From: an uncultured Chroococcidiopsis sp.
GTDB lineage: Bacteria; Cyanobacteriota; Cyanobacteriia; Cyanobacteriales; Chroococcidiopsidaceae
Assembly: GCA_964248365.1 (NCBI GenBank)
Contig: CAXTYC010000002.1
Coordinates: 198,547-262,546 of the forward strand
Length of the DNA: 64,000 nt
Direction of reading: 5' to 3'
Notes under the pieces: model-generated
What the model was told of the DNA's origin: nothing
Database searches by the model: none
What the model saw: only the letters and a program-made list of their open reading frames with translations
Shown here: positions 55,031 to 64,000 of the stretch, one piece after another
Layout of the letters: every line of letters starts with the position of its first letter
Numbering within the stretch: the stretch's first letter is position 1
Program-made: the position numbers and the translations under genes

Positions 55031-55978
55031 ATGGTAAAAGAACTGGCGATTCGCACTTGTGGACTGACTAAACAGTTTGACCGCTATATTGCTGTAAATG
55101 ATGTAGATTTACAAATTGAGGCGGGTGAAGTATACGGGCTGATTGGACCAAATGGTGCTGGTAAAACTACGCTGATTCGGATGTTAGCAGCAGCCCAGGA
55201 GCCAACTAAAGGGGAAATTTATCTCAATGGCGATCGCCTAGTGCGCGACATGAGTAATTCTTTAATCAAGCAGCGAATCGGCTACTTACCCGATGATTTT
55301 CCTTTGTATGATGACTTGACAGTTTGGGACTATCTAGAGTATTTTGCCAGACTGTATAAACTACGAGAACCGCGCCGTAGTCAACGCTTGCGGGAAGTTT
55401 TGGAACTAGTGCAGCTTACCAATAAGCGCACTAGCTTGATTTCCACTTTGTCGCGGGGGATGAAACAGCGTTTGAGTTTGGCACGAACAATTATTCACGA
55501 GCCAATTGTATTACTGTTAGATGAGCCAGTTTCTGGACTCGATCCAATTGCTCGGATGCAGTTTCGGGAAATCATCAAGGTTTTGCAAGAAGCCCAGATG
55601 ACGATTTTGATTTCGTCTCATGTGCTGAGTGACCTAGCCGAGTTATGTACTTCGGTGGGGATTATGGAGTTAGGCTACCTGGTGGAAAGTACTAGTTTGA
55701 GCCAACTTTACCAGCGTCTGGCTCGTCAGCAAATTTTCTTATCAACTTTAGGAGAATTAGACACTCTCAAAGCACAATTGAATAACCATCCCTTAGTGGA
55801 AGCGTGGGAGGTGTTACCAGAAGGGCGGGTGCGGGTTGACTTTACTGGTAATCAGGAAGATTGTGCTATTTTGTTGCGATCGCTGATTACAGCTGGCATT
55901 TCCCTGACTCAATTCCATTGCACCCAAGAAGACTTAGAAAGTATATTTCTCAAATTGGGTCATAAGCAAGCCTCTTAG
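55031..55978 (+). CDS. ABC transporter ATP-binding protein (ABC-2/export type)
   Basis: [26 protein letters not shown]. Confidence 0.95.
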   Translation: MVKELAIRTCGLTKQFDRYIAVNDVDLQIEAGEVYGLIGPNGAGKTTLIRMLAAAQEPTKGEIYLNGDRLVRDMSNSLIKQRIGYLPDDFPLYDDLTVWDYLEYFARLYKLREPRRSQRLREVLELVQLTNKRTSLISTLSRGMKQRLSLARTIIHEPIVLLLDEPVSGLDPIARMQFREIIKVLQEAQMTILISSHVLSDLAELCTSVGIMELGYLVESTSLSQLYQRLARQQIFLSTLGELDTLKAQLNNHPLVEAWEVLPEGRVRVDFTGNQEDCAILLRSLITAGISLTQFHCTQEDLESIFLKLGHKQAS

Positions 55979-56123
55979 CTAGGGGCTAGGGGCGCTTTTG
56001 CTGGGGAAAGAGGAGGGGGAATCAGGGGAGAGGGGGAGAATCATTAATTCCGTATTCACAACTTCACAACTTCACAACTCCTGGCTTCGTTAATAAAGGT
56101 TGTTATTTGGAGATGTAATTTTT

Positions 56124-57821
56124 ATGAGATTTAAGTGGTTTGATCGTCTGGGTGATTGGAATCCTCAGCTATTGCGAGAGATAAAAGGAAGATTCAAAGC
56201 TCGCAATTTAATTATTGCAGGGGCAATTTCTTTGCTTGGGCAATTTTTATTATTGAGGGTTTTTCAAACTGGATTACCAATTGCCAAGCCAGGGTTGTTA
56301 GAACCGATTACGAACAAATATTGCACTGACACTTCTAATGGATATGTTTTACCTGAGTGTCTGATAGATTCTCTGGGAAATATTGAGATTAACTGGCAAC
56401 TATGGTGGCAAGACGTATTCCTATTGCTGAGCTTGTTAGGCGTTTTCGCCTTGCTAGTAGGGGGAACTCACCTACTAATCAGTGACTTGGCGCATGAGGA
56501 GCGAAAGGATACGCTAAATTTCATTCGTCTTAGCCCCCAGTCGCCCCAAAGCATTTTATTCGGTAAACTGCTAGGAGTGCCGATTCTGCTCTATATTGAG
56601 GTAGGCTTAGCTCTACCTCTACACTTGTGGGCGGGGTTATCTGCTCAAATTTCTTTGGGTCTAATTTTAAGCTTCTACGGGCTGCTGTTTGCCAGTTGTC
56701 TATTCTTCTATAGTGCGGCGCTGCTGTATGGTTTAGTTAGTTCTTGGCTAGGTGGATTTCAAGCTTTGTTGGGTAGTGGTTCGGTTTTTGCTTTGCTTTC
56801 AATCGCTTCTTTCAAACCAATATTTCATACTCCAGGCGACTGGCTAAATTTGTTTTCTCCCTTGCTGATTTTGAAGCATTTGATTGCTGCAACTAACTCA
56901 GAATACTCTTCTGATTTACCCGTTGTCACAGATTTAGAATGGTTTTATTTGCCAATAGGAACAAGCATATTAGCCGTCGTTGGTTTAGCTTTAATCAACT
57001 ATGGCTTGTGGACTTACTGGAGTTGGGGGGCTTTGCTGCGGCGCTTCCCCAATCCTGGGAAGAGTGTATTTAGCAAGGCGCAAAGTTATTTATTAGTAGC
57101 AAGTTTGGAAGTAATGATCGTCGGATTTGCTGCTACATCGCCAAAATTCCCATTTTCAACGGAGTTGTCATTCAACTTCAAAGAGTTACTTGCACTCAAT
57201 CTGTTGCTGTTTTTAGGATTGATTGTGGCTTTGACACCGCAAAGACAAGCTTTGCAAGATTGGGCGCGTTATCGGCGGGAACGAGTTTCTAGTCGTAAAG
57301 CTTTCTGGAACAAATCGCTAGTACAGGATTTGATTTGGGGAGAAAAAAGCCCTGCAATTGTAGCGATCGCTCTGAATCTAGCAATTGCAGCTACAATGTT
57401 AGTTCTCCAAATTGTGTTTGTGCTTCAGGATGTTGACAAGCAACCAGCTTTCTTGAGTGTGGTAATTGGCGCGAATTTGATTTTGATTTATACTGCGATC
57501 GCCCAACTATTGATGTTCATGCAAACGCAAAAGCTTGCCTTGTGGGTAACTGGTACAGTAGGAGGGGCAATTTCATTGCCTCCAGCTATCCTCACATTAC
57601 TCACCCTTGCACCGGATAAAGCTCCCCAATTGTGGTTATTTACACCTTTTGCCTGGAGTGCTCTAGAACAAGCTAGCACATCTACTATTTTTCTAGCATT
57701 GCTAGGTCAGTGGAGTATATTTACACTGTGTAGCTTGCGAATGACTCGCCAGATTCGACAAGCTGGAGAATCTACCTCCAAAAACCTATTTGCAGAACGT
57801 AAATCTTTACCCAGCAGTTAG
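56124..57821 (+). CDS. ABC transporter permease (multi-TM)
   Basis: WNPQLLREIK, EERKDTL..IRLSP, GKLLG, many hydrophobic helices; follows the ATPase. Confidence 0.8.
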   Translation: MRFKWFDRLGDWNPQLLREIKGRFKARNLIIAGAISLLGQFLLLRVFQTGLPIAKPGLLEPITNKYCTDTSNGYVLPECLIDSLGNIEINWQLWWQDVFLLLSLLGVFALLVGGTHLLISDLAHEERKDTLNFIRLSPQSPQSILFGKLLGVPILLYIEVGLALPLHLWAGLSAQISLGLILSFYGLLFASCLFFYSAALLYGLVSSWLGGFQALLGSGSVFALLSIASFKPIFHTPGDWLNLFSPLLILKHLIAATNSEYSSDLPVVTDLEWFYLPIGTSILAVVGLALINYGLWTYWSWGALLRRFPNPGKSVFSKAQSYLLVASLEVMIVGFAATSPKFPFSTELSFNFKELLALNLLLFLGLIVALTPQRQALQDWARYRRERVSSRKAFWNKSLVQDLIWGEKSPAIVAIALNLAIAATMLVLQIVFVLQDVDKQPAFLSVVIGANLILIYTAIAQLLMFMQTQKLALWVTGTVGGAISLPPAILTLLTLAPDKAPQLWLFTPFAWSALEQASTSTIFLALLGQWSIFTLCSLRMTRQIRQAGESTSKNLFAERKSLPSS

Positions 57822-57882
57822 AGAAATTTGGTGCAGCAAGGCAAATCAGAACGGAAATAACTAGCTAAAGTGAAGCATCAAA

Positions 57883-57915
57883 AAACCCGTCCTACTTTTT
57901 AGTCAGGGCGGGTTT
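57883..57915. terminator. Hairpin downstream of the ABC permease (REP-like/terminator)
   Basis: AAACCCGTCCT-N11-AGGGCGGGTTT. Confidence 0.6.
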
Positions 57916-58081
57916 ATGTTGTTTAAGATTTTGTCTTAACATATTAATTTTCAAAGCAAAAGTAGCTAAATCAGTCTTGTCGGGCAAGATGCCCAACCCA
58001 CCAAAATCAGCAATTAGATTAAATTTATCAGGTAGGTAGACTGAGATCTTGCCGCATTCTCAAGACGCATCCAGACCCAGC

Positions 58082-58192
58082 TCGAAAACCCTTTCGAGGC
58101 TAATAGCACTTGTCTACTGAAGTAGACTAAAAACCAATTGTAGTCGGATTTATCCGACTTGGACTATAAGCCTGTGAATTAATTCACAGGCG
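58082..58192. repeat. Composite palindromic repeat element (four short palindromes)
   Basis: CTCGAAA..TTTCGAG, GCTAATAG, GTCTACTGAAGTAGAC, AGTCGGATTTATCCGACT, CTATAAG, CCTGTGAATTAATTCACAGG; same layout as the interior of 62306-62480. Confidence 0.6.
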
Positions 58193-58729
58193 GTTATTTT
58201 TACGCATAGGTTTATTCTGTACAGTGTCATCCACAACCAACCTCCTAGAAGCGATGTCAGAATCAGCAAAAAACACTGTCCAATGAGCAGTAAGATAACA
58301 ATCATCAGCCTGCGGTACAGTTACACTAAACCCTGAGACTACTTGCCCAGGTAAAATGTCAGATGAACCCTTGTTTTGCCATTCTAAATATATATATTTG
58401 CTTTCTTCGGTTGTAACTAAATTAACATTCCAATTTCCAGGTGATTTGGTGCTGTTTTGAGGAATTCCAGATTCAAAAGTCCAACCAACTGGGGGAACCT
58501 TTAACTCTGCAATTCCGTGATAGTAATCGTATCCAATAGCAAACCATACAATTTTTTTGCTGCTATTGTTAATTACTTGGTAGTGGTAATTCACTTTTCT
58601 ATTAGCAAATGTTTTTTGAGATTTAACTGTAACTTTATCATTTAGAAATGCTTGGGCATAAACAATTTCACAATAACAAAGCATTATAGGTATCAGACCA
58701 ATTAAGAATGCTTTGATTGTTCTTTTCAT
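58184..58729 (-). CDS. Hypothetical secreted protein
   Basis: 181-aa AT-rich ORF with a signal-peptide-like N-terminus (..VYA-Q) and beta-rich body. Confidence 0.65.
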   Translation of the reverse strand: MKRTIKAFLIGLIPIMLCYCEIVYAQAFLNDKVTVKSQKTFANRKVNYHYQVINNSSKKIVWFAIGYDYYHGIAELKVPPVGWTFESGIPQNSTKSPGNWNVNLVTTEESKYIYLEWQNKGSSDILPGQVVSGFSVTVPQADDCYLTAHWTVFFADSDIASRRLVVDDTVQNKPMRKNNRL

Positions 58730-58901
58730 GAATATATTTCTATTTTTATTTAAATAAGCGGCTTCATTCTACCCGCAATTATTCATTTTATGATATTATT
58801 AATTATTAGCAAAGGGAAAGAAATCTATTTGCTAGAGCCGAATTTAATTAAAAATCGTTTAGCTAGAAATTCAATCTGGATGCAAGTAAGTTATACATAA
58901 T

Positions 58902-58925
58902 TGGTGGGCAATGCCCACCCTACTA
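58902..58925. repeat. REP-like palindrome (partial copy of the element flanking the MCP gene)
   Basis: TGGTGGGCAATGCCCACCCTACTA. Confidence 0.7.
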
Positions 58926-58943
58926 GTCTCCAGCCCCTAGCCC

Positions 58944-59831
58944 CTAGCCCCTTTTTAGTGCTTTTTTCAACAAGTCGGGAATCTCGGAAGGGCGTTGAGC
59001 AATTGGGACGAGTGCTGTCTTAAAAGCTTCTAGCTTACTTTGAGCGGTTCCTATGTTATCTCCCCTACCAACCATAGCCGCTAAAGTGCCTGTATGTCCC
59101 CAATGCTTGTCTGGGGGTGCTTGTCTACCTGCAATATAGGCAATGACTGGCTTATCAATTACCTCGGCAATGTAGCGGGCGGCGGCTTCTTCGCTGTTCC
59201 CGCCTGGTTCCCCCACTAAAACGATCGCCTCTGTTGATTCATCTTCATCTAGAATTTGCAGCCATTGGAGAAACGAGGAACCAGTAATCGCGTCGCTGCC
59301 AATACTCACACTAATAGATTGTCCTAACCCTGCCTTGGTGAGTTCCAAGGCTATTTCATAGGTAAGCGTAGTACTACGACTAACAATTCCTACCGAACCA
59401 GGAGTATAAAATTCACTGGTGTGAGTACCTAAGAGAATTTTGCCTGGGACAATGATACCTGGGCTATTTGGTCCTACGATAATAATTTCTGCTGCCTCGG
59501 TTAGGCGCAGTAATTGAACCATATCGAGAGGAGGCACACCTGCTGAAATGATAACCAGCTGCCGGATACCAGAGGCGATCGCTTCTTTGGCGGCATCTAG
59601 TGCCAGGTAAGGAGCGACAAAAATGATTGTGGTATCGATTGTACCAACTGAGGCGATCGCCTGCTCTACCAAATCGAATACTGGCACATCTTGCACTATC
59701 TGTCCACCCTCCCCAGGACTAACAATAGCAACAATATTTGTGCCATAAGCTTTCATGCGCTGGGCATGGGTTGACGCAACCTGTTCGATCATGCCCTGAA
59801 TTAAAACTTTACTCTCAGGTGTTAATTTCAT
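58944..59831 (-). CDS. sucD: Succinyl-CoA ligase alpha subunit-like
   Basis: KVLIQG, YGTNIV, GPNSPG, VSRS.TLTYE, GEPGG..EE, GHTG phospho-His site. Confidence 0.88.
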   Translation of the reverse strand: MKLTPESKVLIQGMIEQVASTHAQRMKAYGTNIVAIVSPGEGGQIVQDVPVFDLVEQAIASVGTIDTTIIFVAPYLALDAAKEAIASGIRQLVIISAGVPPLDMVQLLRLTEAAEIIIVGPNSPGIIVPGKILLGTHTSEFYTPGSVGIVSRSTTLTYEIALELTKAGLGQSISVSIGSDAITGSSFLQWLQILDEDESTEAIVLVGEPGGNSEEAAARYIAEVIDKPVIAYIAGRQAPPDKHWGHTGTLAAMVGRGDNIGTAQSKLEAFKTALVPIAQRPSEIPDLLKKALKRG

Positions 59832-61018
59832 TAGCGTTTATGGGCAGATGACTTGGCAAGACGGACTGCCCCAGCTACAGCCTCATCTAAATTTTCCACT
59901 GCTGGCACTTGTACTTGTGCTAATCGCTCTTTAGCTGAGTCTAAGTCAGATCCGGCAAGACGAACAACTATCTGGGGGTGGTGGATGTGCGAACGAGTTT
60001 TGCTAGTTGTGCGCTGAGACGATCCCACAAATTTAGCAATAACTTCAGCTACTTCTAATGTAGTAGGAACACTGCTGAGAATATTTACTAATATTACTTG
60101 AATATTTTTATCGCCGCACAGAAATTCCAACCCTTGTTCAATGCGATCGCTAAAGGTGAGCGCCGCCCAATCTGTGTTACGTCCATGCCCTACATTTAGA
60201 CAAGCGGCTGGCTTTTTGCCACCAATATCGGCTAGTAGATCCAAAGTTGACATCAATAATCCGGCTCCATTGCCTAAAATAGCAATATTCCCCGATTTAT
60301 CGACTTCATTCCATCTACCTATTTGATTTGGGGGTTGTCGCCCACTAGCATGAGTAGCTATTTTTTCTGCCATTAGAGCAATATCTGGATGACGAGCGAT
60401 CGCTTGCTCATTGACTGTTACTTTTCCATCAAGTGCCATCAGTTCACCTGTAGAACTAACACCTAATGGATTAATTTCTACTAAATCCAAATCTTTCTGC
60501 ACAAATAGAGCGTACATTTTCTCCACAATTGCGCTGACAGATTGAATCAAATTTCCTTGCAATCCCATTTTTACTGCCAGCCGTCGGGCATAGAATGGTG
60601 AAAATTCCTGCTCAACGACAACGTGCTGCAAAGCTTCTGGATTTGATTCTACATCTATACCCCCTTGCACAGAACCTAGAAGTAGGGGTTTACGAGCTAC
60701 TGCGTCTAACACGATGGCAAGGTAAAATTCTTGGTCGGAATCATACTTTGCTTCAGCTAACAGGACAGAGGGAAATTCATCGAAAATCGGCAAGTTAAAG
60801 ATTGTTTGCGCGGCTGCGATCGCATCGATCGTATTTGTCACCACCTTTACCCCGCCAGCTTTTCCCCTTCCACCAGTACGCACTTGGGATTTAAGTACTA
60901 CGGGATAGGGAATCTTTAAACCCTTAAGATCGCGGGGTCTGTCAATTCTCTGAGACGGCAAAACTGGTATGCCCATCTCTCGAAACCATTCCTTAGCTTG
61001 GTACTCTAATAAATCCAT
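59831..61018 (-). CDS. sucC: Succinyl-CoA ligase beta subunit-like
   Basis: MDLLEYQAK, KSQV..GGRGKAGGV, EINPL, NGAGL, VVRLAG. Confidence 0.88.
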   Translation of the reverse strand: MDLLEYQAKEWFREMGIPVLPSQRIDRPRDLKGLKIPYPVVLKSQVRTGGRGKAGGVKVVTNTIDAIAAAQTIFNLPIFDEFPSVLLAEAKYDSDQEFYLAIVLDAVARKPLLLGSVQGGIDVESNPEALQHVVVEQEFSPFYARRLAVKMGLQGNLIQSVSAIVEKMYALFVQKDLDLVEINPLGVSSTGELMALDGKVTVNEQAIARHPDIALMAEKIATHASGRQPPNQIGRWNEVDKSGNIAILGNGAGLLMSTLDLLADIGGKKPAACLNVGHGRNTDWAALTFSDRIEQGLEFLCGDKNIQVILVNILSSVPTTLEVAEVIAKFVGSSQRTTSKTRSHIHHPQIVVRLAGSDLDSAKERLAQVQVPAVENLDEAVAGAVRLAKSSAHKR

Positions 61019-61214
61019 TTTTTTAGGGGCTAGAGGCTAGGGGCTAGGGGCTAGGGGCTAGAAAGAGGGCTAGGGGAGCAAAGGGAGGCTGGGGAGTAAA
61101 GGGAGGCTGGAGACCCACGACCCACGATAGGAAACAGGAGACCCACGACCCACGACAGGATGTTTAATTCTTCTCCCCTTTGCTCCCCTTTGCTTTCCCC
61201 TAGCCCCAGCGCCC

Positions 61215-62120
61215 CTAGTCCCTACTCCCTCGTGTTTGCCATTCTTTGGCGACGAGATTGATACCATAAAAACGTTGCCAAAACTTATCTACGATTCTAG
61301 TGGGTAAAACTTTTGTCATGATAAACAAAAGAAACTTACCCCCAGTTGCTGCAATATAACGCGGAGGTGGGTTACGGTCTGTAAGAGCTTGTACAATTAC
61401 CTCGGCGACTCGCTCTGAAGTCCAAGCGCGGCTACTGGTTTGTTTCTCTAGTCCTTTTAACTTCTCAAAAGCAGCTCGATAAGGTGTATTTTCCGGCTTG
61501 GCTACCGTTTCCTCGACTGCTTGGGCAGCTGCAATAAAAAAATTGGTGCTGACTGGACCTGGTTCAATTACACTGACTTTAATATTAAATGGTTCAAGTT
61601 CCATTCGCAGGGCATCGCTGAGTCCTTCTAGGGCAAATTTAGAAGCACTATATAAGCCCCCAAAGGGAAAAGCCATCCGTCCTCCCAGAGAACTGATATT
61701 AATAATTCTACCGCCGCCCCTCTCGCGCATAGTAGGTATTAAGGCGCAAATCAAGGCAAGGGGTCCAAGGACATTAATTTGAAACTGTCGTTGAGTAGCA
61801 GAGTAGGGGACTAGCTCAATTGGTCCCATTTGTCCATAGCCTGCATTGTTAATTAAAGCATCAACTCGACCGAAAGAAGCGATCGCACTTTTTGCTAATG
61901 CTTCTATTTCCTCAATATTTGCTAAATTTGTGGGAACTACTAATACTTCTGCCCCAGCTTTGCGGCAAAGGGTAGCAACAGCTTCTAGTTTTTCGGCATT
62001 TCGGGCGGCTAAGACGAGGCGAATGCCCAAAAAGCGATTGGCTAAAAGTTGTGCTAGCGCCGCCCCAATTCCCACCGACGCACCAGTGATCAGTACAACT
62101 TGTTCAGATAAAGAGGACAT
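61215..62120 (-). CDS. SDR family oxidoreductase
   Basis: TGASVGIG, NNAG, NISS, YSASK, EPG. Confidence 0.93.
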   Translation of the reverse strand: MSSLSEQVVLITGASVGIGAALAQLLANRFLGIRLVLAARNAEKLEAVATLCRKAGAEVLVVPTNLANIEEIEALAKSAIASFGRVDALINNAGYGQMGPIELVPYSATQRQFQINVLGPLALICALIPTMRERGGGRIINISSLGGRMAFPFGGLYSASKFALEGLSDALRMELEPFNIKVSVIEPGPVSTNFFIAAAQAVEETVAKPENTPYRAAFEKLKGLEKQTSSRAWTSERVAEVIVQALTDRNPPPRYIAATGGKFLLFIMTKVLPTRIVDKFWQRFYGINLVAKEWQTRGSRD

Positions 62121-62305
62121 GATTATAGGATTTTGGATTTTAGATTTTGAATTGTTAAATCAGTATCAAGAGGGTATTTACTCAGCCTAGTAATTTTGAG
62201 GCTATAGTTAATACTCAAAAATCAGGGCAGCGATCGCTCACTGCCCTTTATAATAGAGGATTAATTTTAGATTGTTAGCGGCTACCTAGTCTTATATCTT
62301 TACTT

Positions 62306-62480
62306 AGATCTTGCACTAACTTTTCAACTCGACAGGAAATCAATTTCCTGTCTGATAGTGAAAACCTGTTAAAACAGGTTGTAATACTTGTTCGATGGAT
62401 ACGCACTCAGTTTTAACTGACGAGCAGCTATTAGCCCTGAAAGGGAGTTCAGGGCTGCTGTGAGCCGAGGTGCAAGATCT
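62306..62480. mobile_element. Putative MITE with 11-bp terminal inverted repeats and internal palindromes
   Basis: AGATCTTGCAC (62306-62316) ... GTGCAAGATCT (62470-62480); inside GACAGGAAAT-CA-ATTTCCTGTC, ACCTGTT-AA-AACAGGT, AGCCCTGAA...TTCAGGGCT. Confidence 0.6.
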
Positions 62481-62519
62481 GGTTTTAGTGACAAGTTAGG
62501 TCGCCGCCAGAAGCAGGAT

Positions 62520-64000
62520 CTAGGGTGATATCTTGGTTACAAAGGCATCAGCTTCGCCACCCAAAGTACTGTCGAAGGCATTCTTGGTCGGAAAGTCACT
62601 TGAGAGAGTTTGCCCTGTGACATAGGCATTACCACGCAAATCTACTGCAATTCCAGAGGCATTATCAAAGTTGTTTCCCCCCAGGTAGGAGGAGTAAACT
62701 AAGCTATTGCCCCTAGGATTCAACTTCGTCACGAAGGAATCGTTTAAGCCGGATAAATTGCTATCGAAAGCATTTTTGATTGGGAAGTTATTTGAACTGG
62801 TAGTTCCTGTCACATAAGCATTGCCTTGCAAGTCAACTGCAATTCCAAAGCCTTCATCTGTATCGGAATAGACGGTAGAGATGCCCCCAAGATAGGTGGA
62901 GTAGACGAGGGAGGCTTCCCCAGATGCATTTGGGTTCACCTTGGTGATAAAAGCATCTTGAGTGCCTTGAAGTGAGCTATCAAAGGCATTTTTAGTCGGG
63001 AAGTCATTAGATTGGGTTCTTCCTGTAACATAGGCGTTGCCGCGAACATCAACTGCGATCGCCCTACCAAACTCACCACCGCTACCTCCCAGGTAGGAAG
63101 AGTAGACAAGAGAGGCTGCGCCCGATGCATTTGGGTTTATCTTGGTCACAAAAGCCTCGGAATCATTAACAGCACCGACAAAAGTGGTATCGAAAGCATT
63201 CTTGAGGGGAAAGTCGCTTGAGTAGGTTATCCCAGTAACATAAGCATTGCCTTGCAAATCGGTGGCAATTCCATAGCCAGCATCAAATTGGCTACCTCCA
63301 AGGTAGGTGGAGTAAACGAGGGAGGCATCCCCAGATGCATTTGGGTTTAACTTGGCTACAAAGGCATTTAAGTTGCCCTTAAAGGTGCTATCAAAGGCAT
63401 TCTTGGTGGGGAAGTTAGTTGAGTTAGTCTCTCCTGTGACATAGACATTACCTCGCAAGTCCACTGCGATCGCGTTACCATAATTAGCACCATTGCCACC
63501 GCTACCCCCCAGGTAGGTCGAGTAGAGTAGGCGATCGCCTCCCTCATTCAACTTTGTCACAAAAGCATTGGAGAAGCTACTCAAATTGCGAGCAAAGGCA
63601 TTCTCGCTGGTTGGGAAATCAACCGAGCTGGTAGAACCCGTGACATAAACATTGCCGCGCAAGTCGGTGGCAATTCCATTGCCATCATCACTACTGCTAC
63701 CCCCAAGGTAAGTAGAGTAAACCAGGGAGGCGGTGGCGGATGCATTTGGGTTGAACTTGGTCACAAAGGCATCACCACCGCCCAAAGTGCTATCCAAAGC
63801 ATTCTTGGTGGGAAAGTCACTTGAGCCAGTACCCCCTGCAACATAGACATTACCTTGCAAGTCGACGGCGAGCGCTCTGCCAATATCCCCACTGCTACCC
63901 CCTAGATAAGTCGAGTAACTCAGCACAGGGTCAATTACTAGTCGCTGACTGGGTTCATACGTTGCTACTTTAAACCCTACTTCTTGCTTTCCAAGCAGGA
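62520..64000 (-). CDS. SBBP-repeat (seven-bladed beta-propeller) protein, 3' part; start lies beyond the window
   Basis: Seven repeats of YS(T/S)YLGG..G..IA.D..GN.YV.G.T.S..FP; frame stays open to the window edge (..EVGFKVATYEPSQRLVIDPVLSY). Confidence 0.88.
   Translation of the reverse strand, partial: LLGKQEVGFKVATYEPSQRLVIDPVLSYSTYLGGSSGDIGRALAVDLQGNVYVAGGTGSSDFPTKNALDSTLGGGDAFVTKFNPNASATASLVYSTYLGGSSSDDGNGIATDLRGNVYVTGSTSSVDFPTSENAFARNLSSFSNAFVTKLNEGGDRLLYSTYLGGSGGNGANYGNAIAVDLRGNVYVTGETNSTNFPTKNAFDSTFKGNLNAFVAKLNPNASGDASLVYSTYLGGSQFDAGYGIATDLQGNAYVTGITYSSDFPLKNAFDTTFVGAVNDSEAFVTKINPNASGAASLVYSSYLGGSGGEFGRAIAVDVRGNAYVTGRTQSNDFPTKNAFDSSLQGTQDAFITKVNPNASGEASLVYSTYLGGISTVYSDTDEGFGIAVDLQGNAYVTGTTSSNNFPIKNAFDSNLSGLNDSFVTKLNPRGNSLVYSSYLGGNNFDNASGIAVDLRGNAYVTGQTLSSDFPTKNAFDSTLGGEADAFVTKISP

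Noticed and set aside
61108..61160. Direct repeat GGAGACCCACGACCCACGA x2 as a possible CRISPR
   Set aside because: Two copies with a ~9-nt gap, heptamer-derived, and no cas genes; no CRISPR array was seen anywhere in the window

Overview
Core-chromosome window of a cyanobacterium. HIP1 (GCGATCGC) is abundant, heptamer STRR tracts fill many intergenic gaps, RNA polymerase is split into rpoC1/rpoC2, and psaF-psaJ-psaL lies next to gmk, which points to a heterocyst-former or close relative. Most of the window is housekeeping or photosynthesis: prmC, tic22, tRNA-Pro, tsaD, psaFJL, gmk, remA, rqcH, ispE, rsmA, htrA, rpoB/C1/C2, tatD, rpsT, hisD, truB, psbV/V2, accD, pilD, leuB, sucCD. Two accessory blocks stand out. 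(1) A 10-kb chemosensory cluster sits at the 3' end of tRNA-Pro. It has cheA-cheW-mcp-cheB-cheR on the minus strand and a divergent cheY-cheC-PAS hybrid kinase on the plus strand. The receptor is a soluble poly-HAMP protein and the methylation/adaptation module is complete, unlike the usual cyanobacterial pilus-type taxis systems. This is the best candidate for an undescribed system. (2) An ArsR-SRPBCC-cupin-GST-hydrolase-(Fos pseudogene) detoxification run has a visible promoter and twin operators, next to inrS and a frameshifted Tat-exported flavin amine oxidase. There is also a candidate sRNA, several REP/MITE-like elements, and STRR repeats that invade coding sequences. Assignments come from motif recognition only; no database searches were run.
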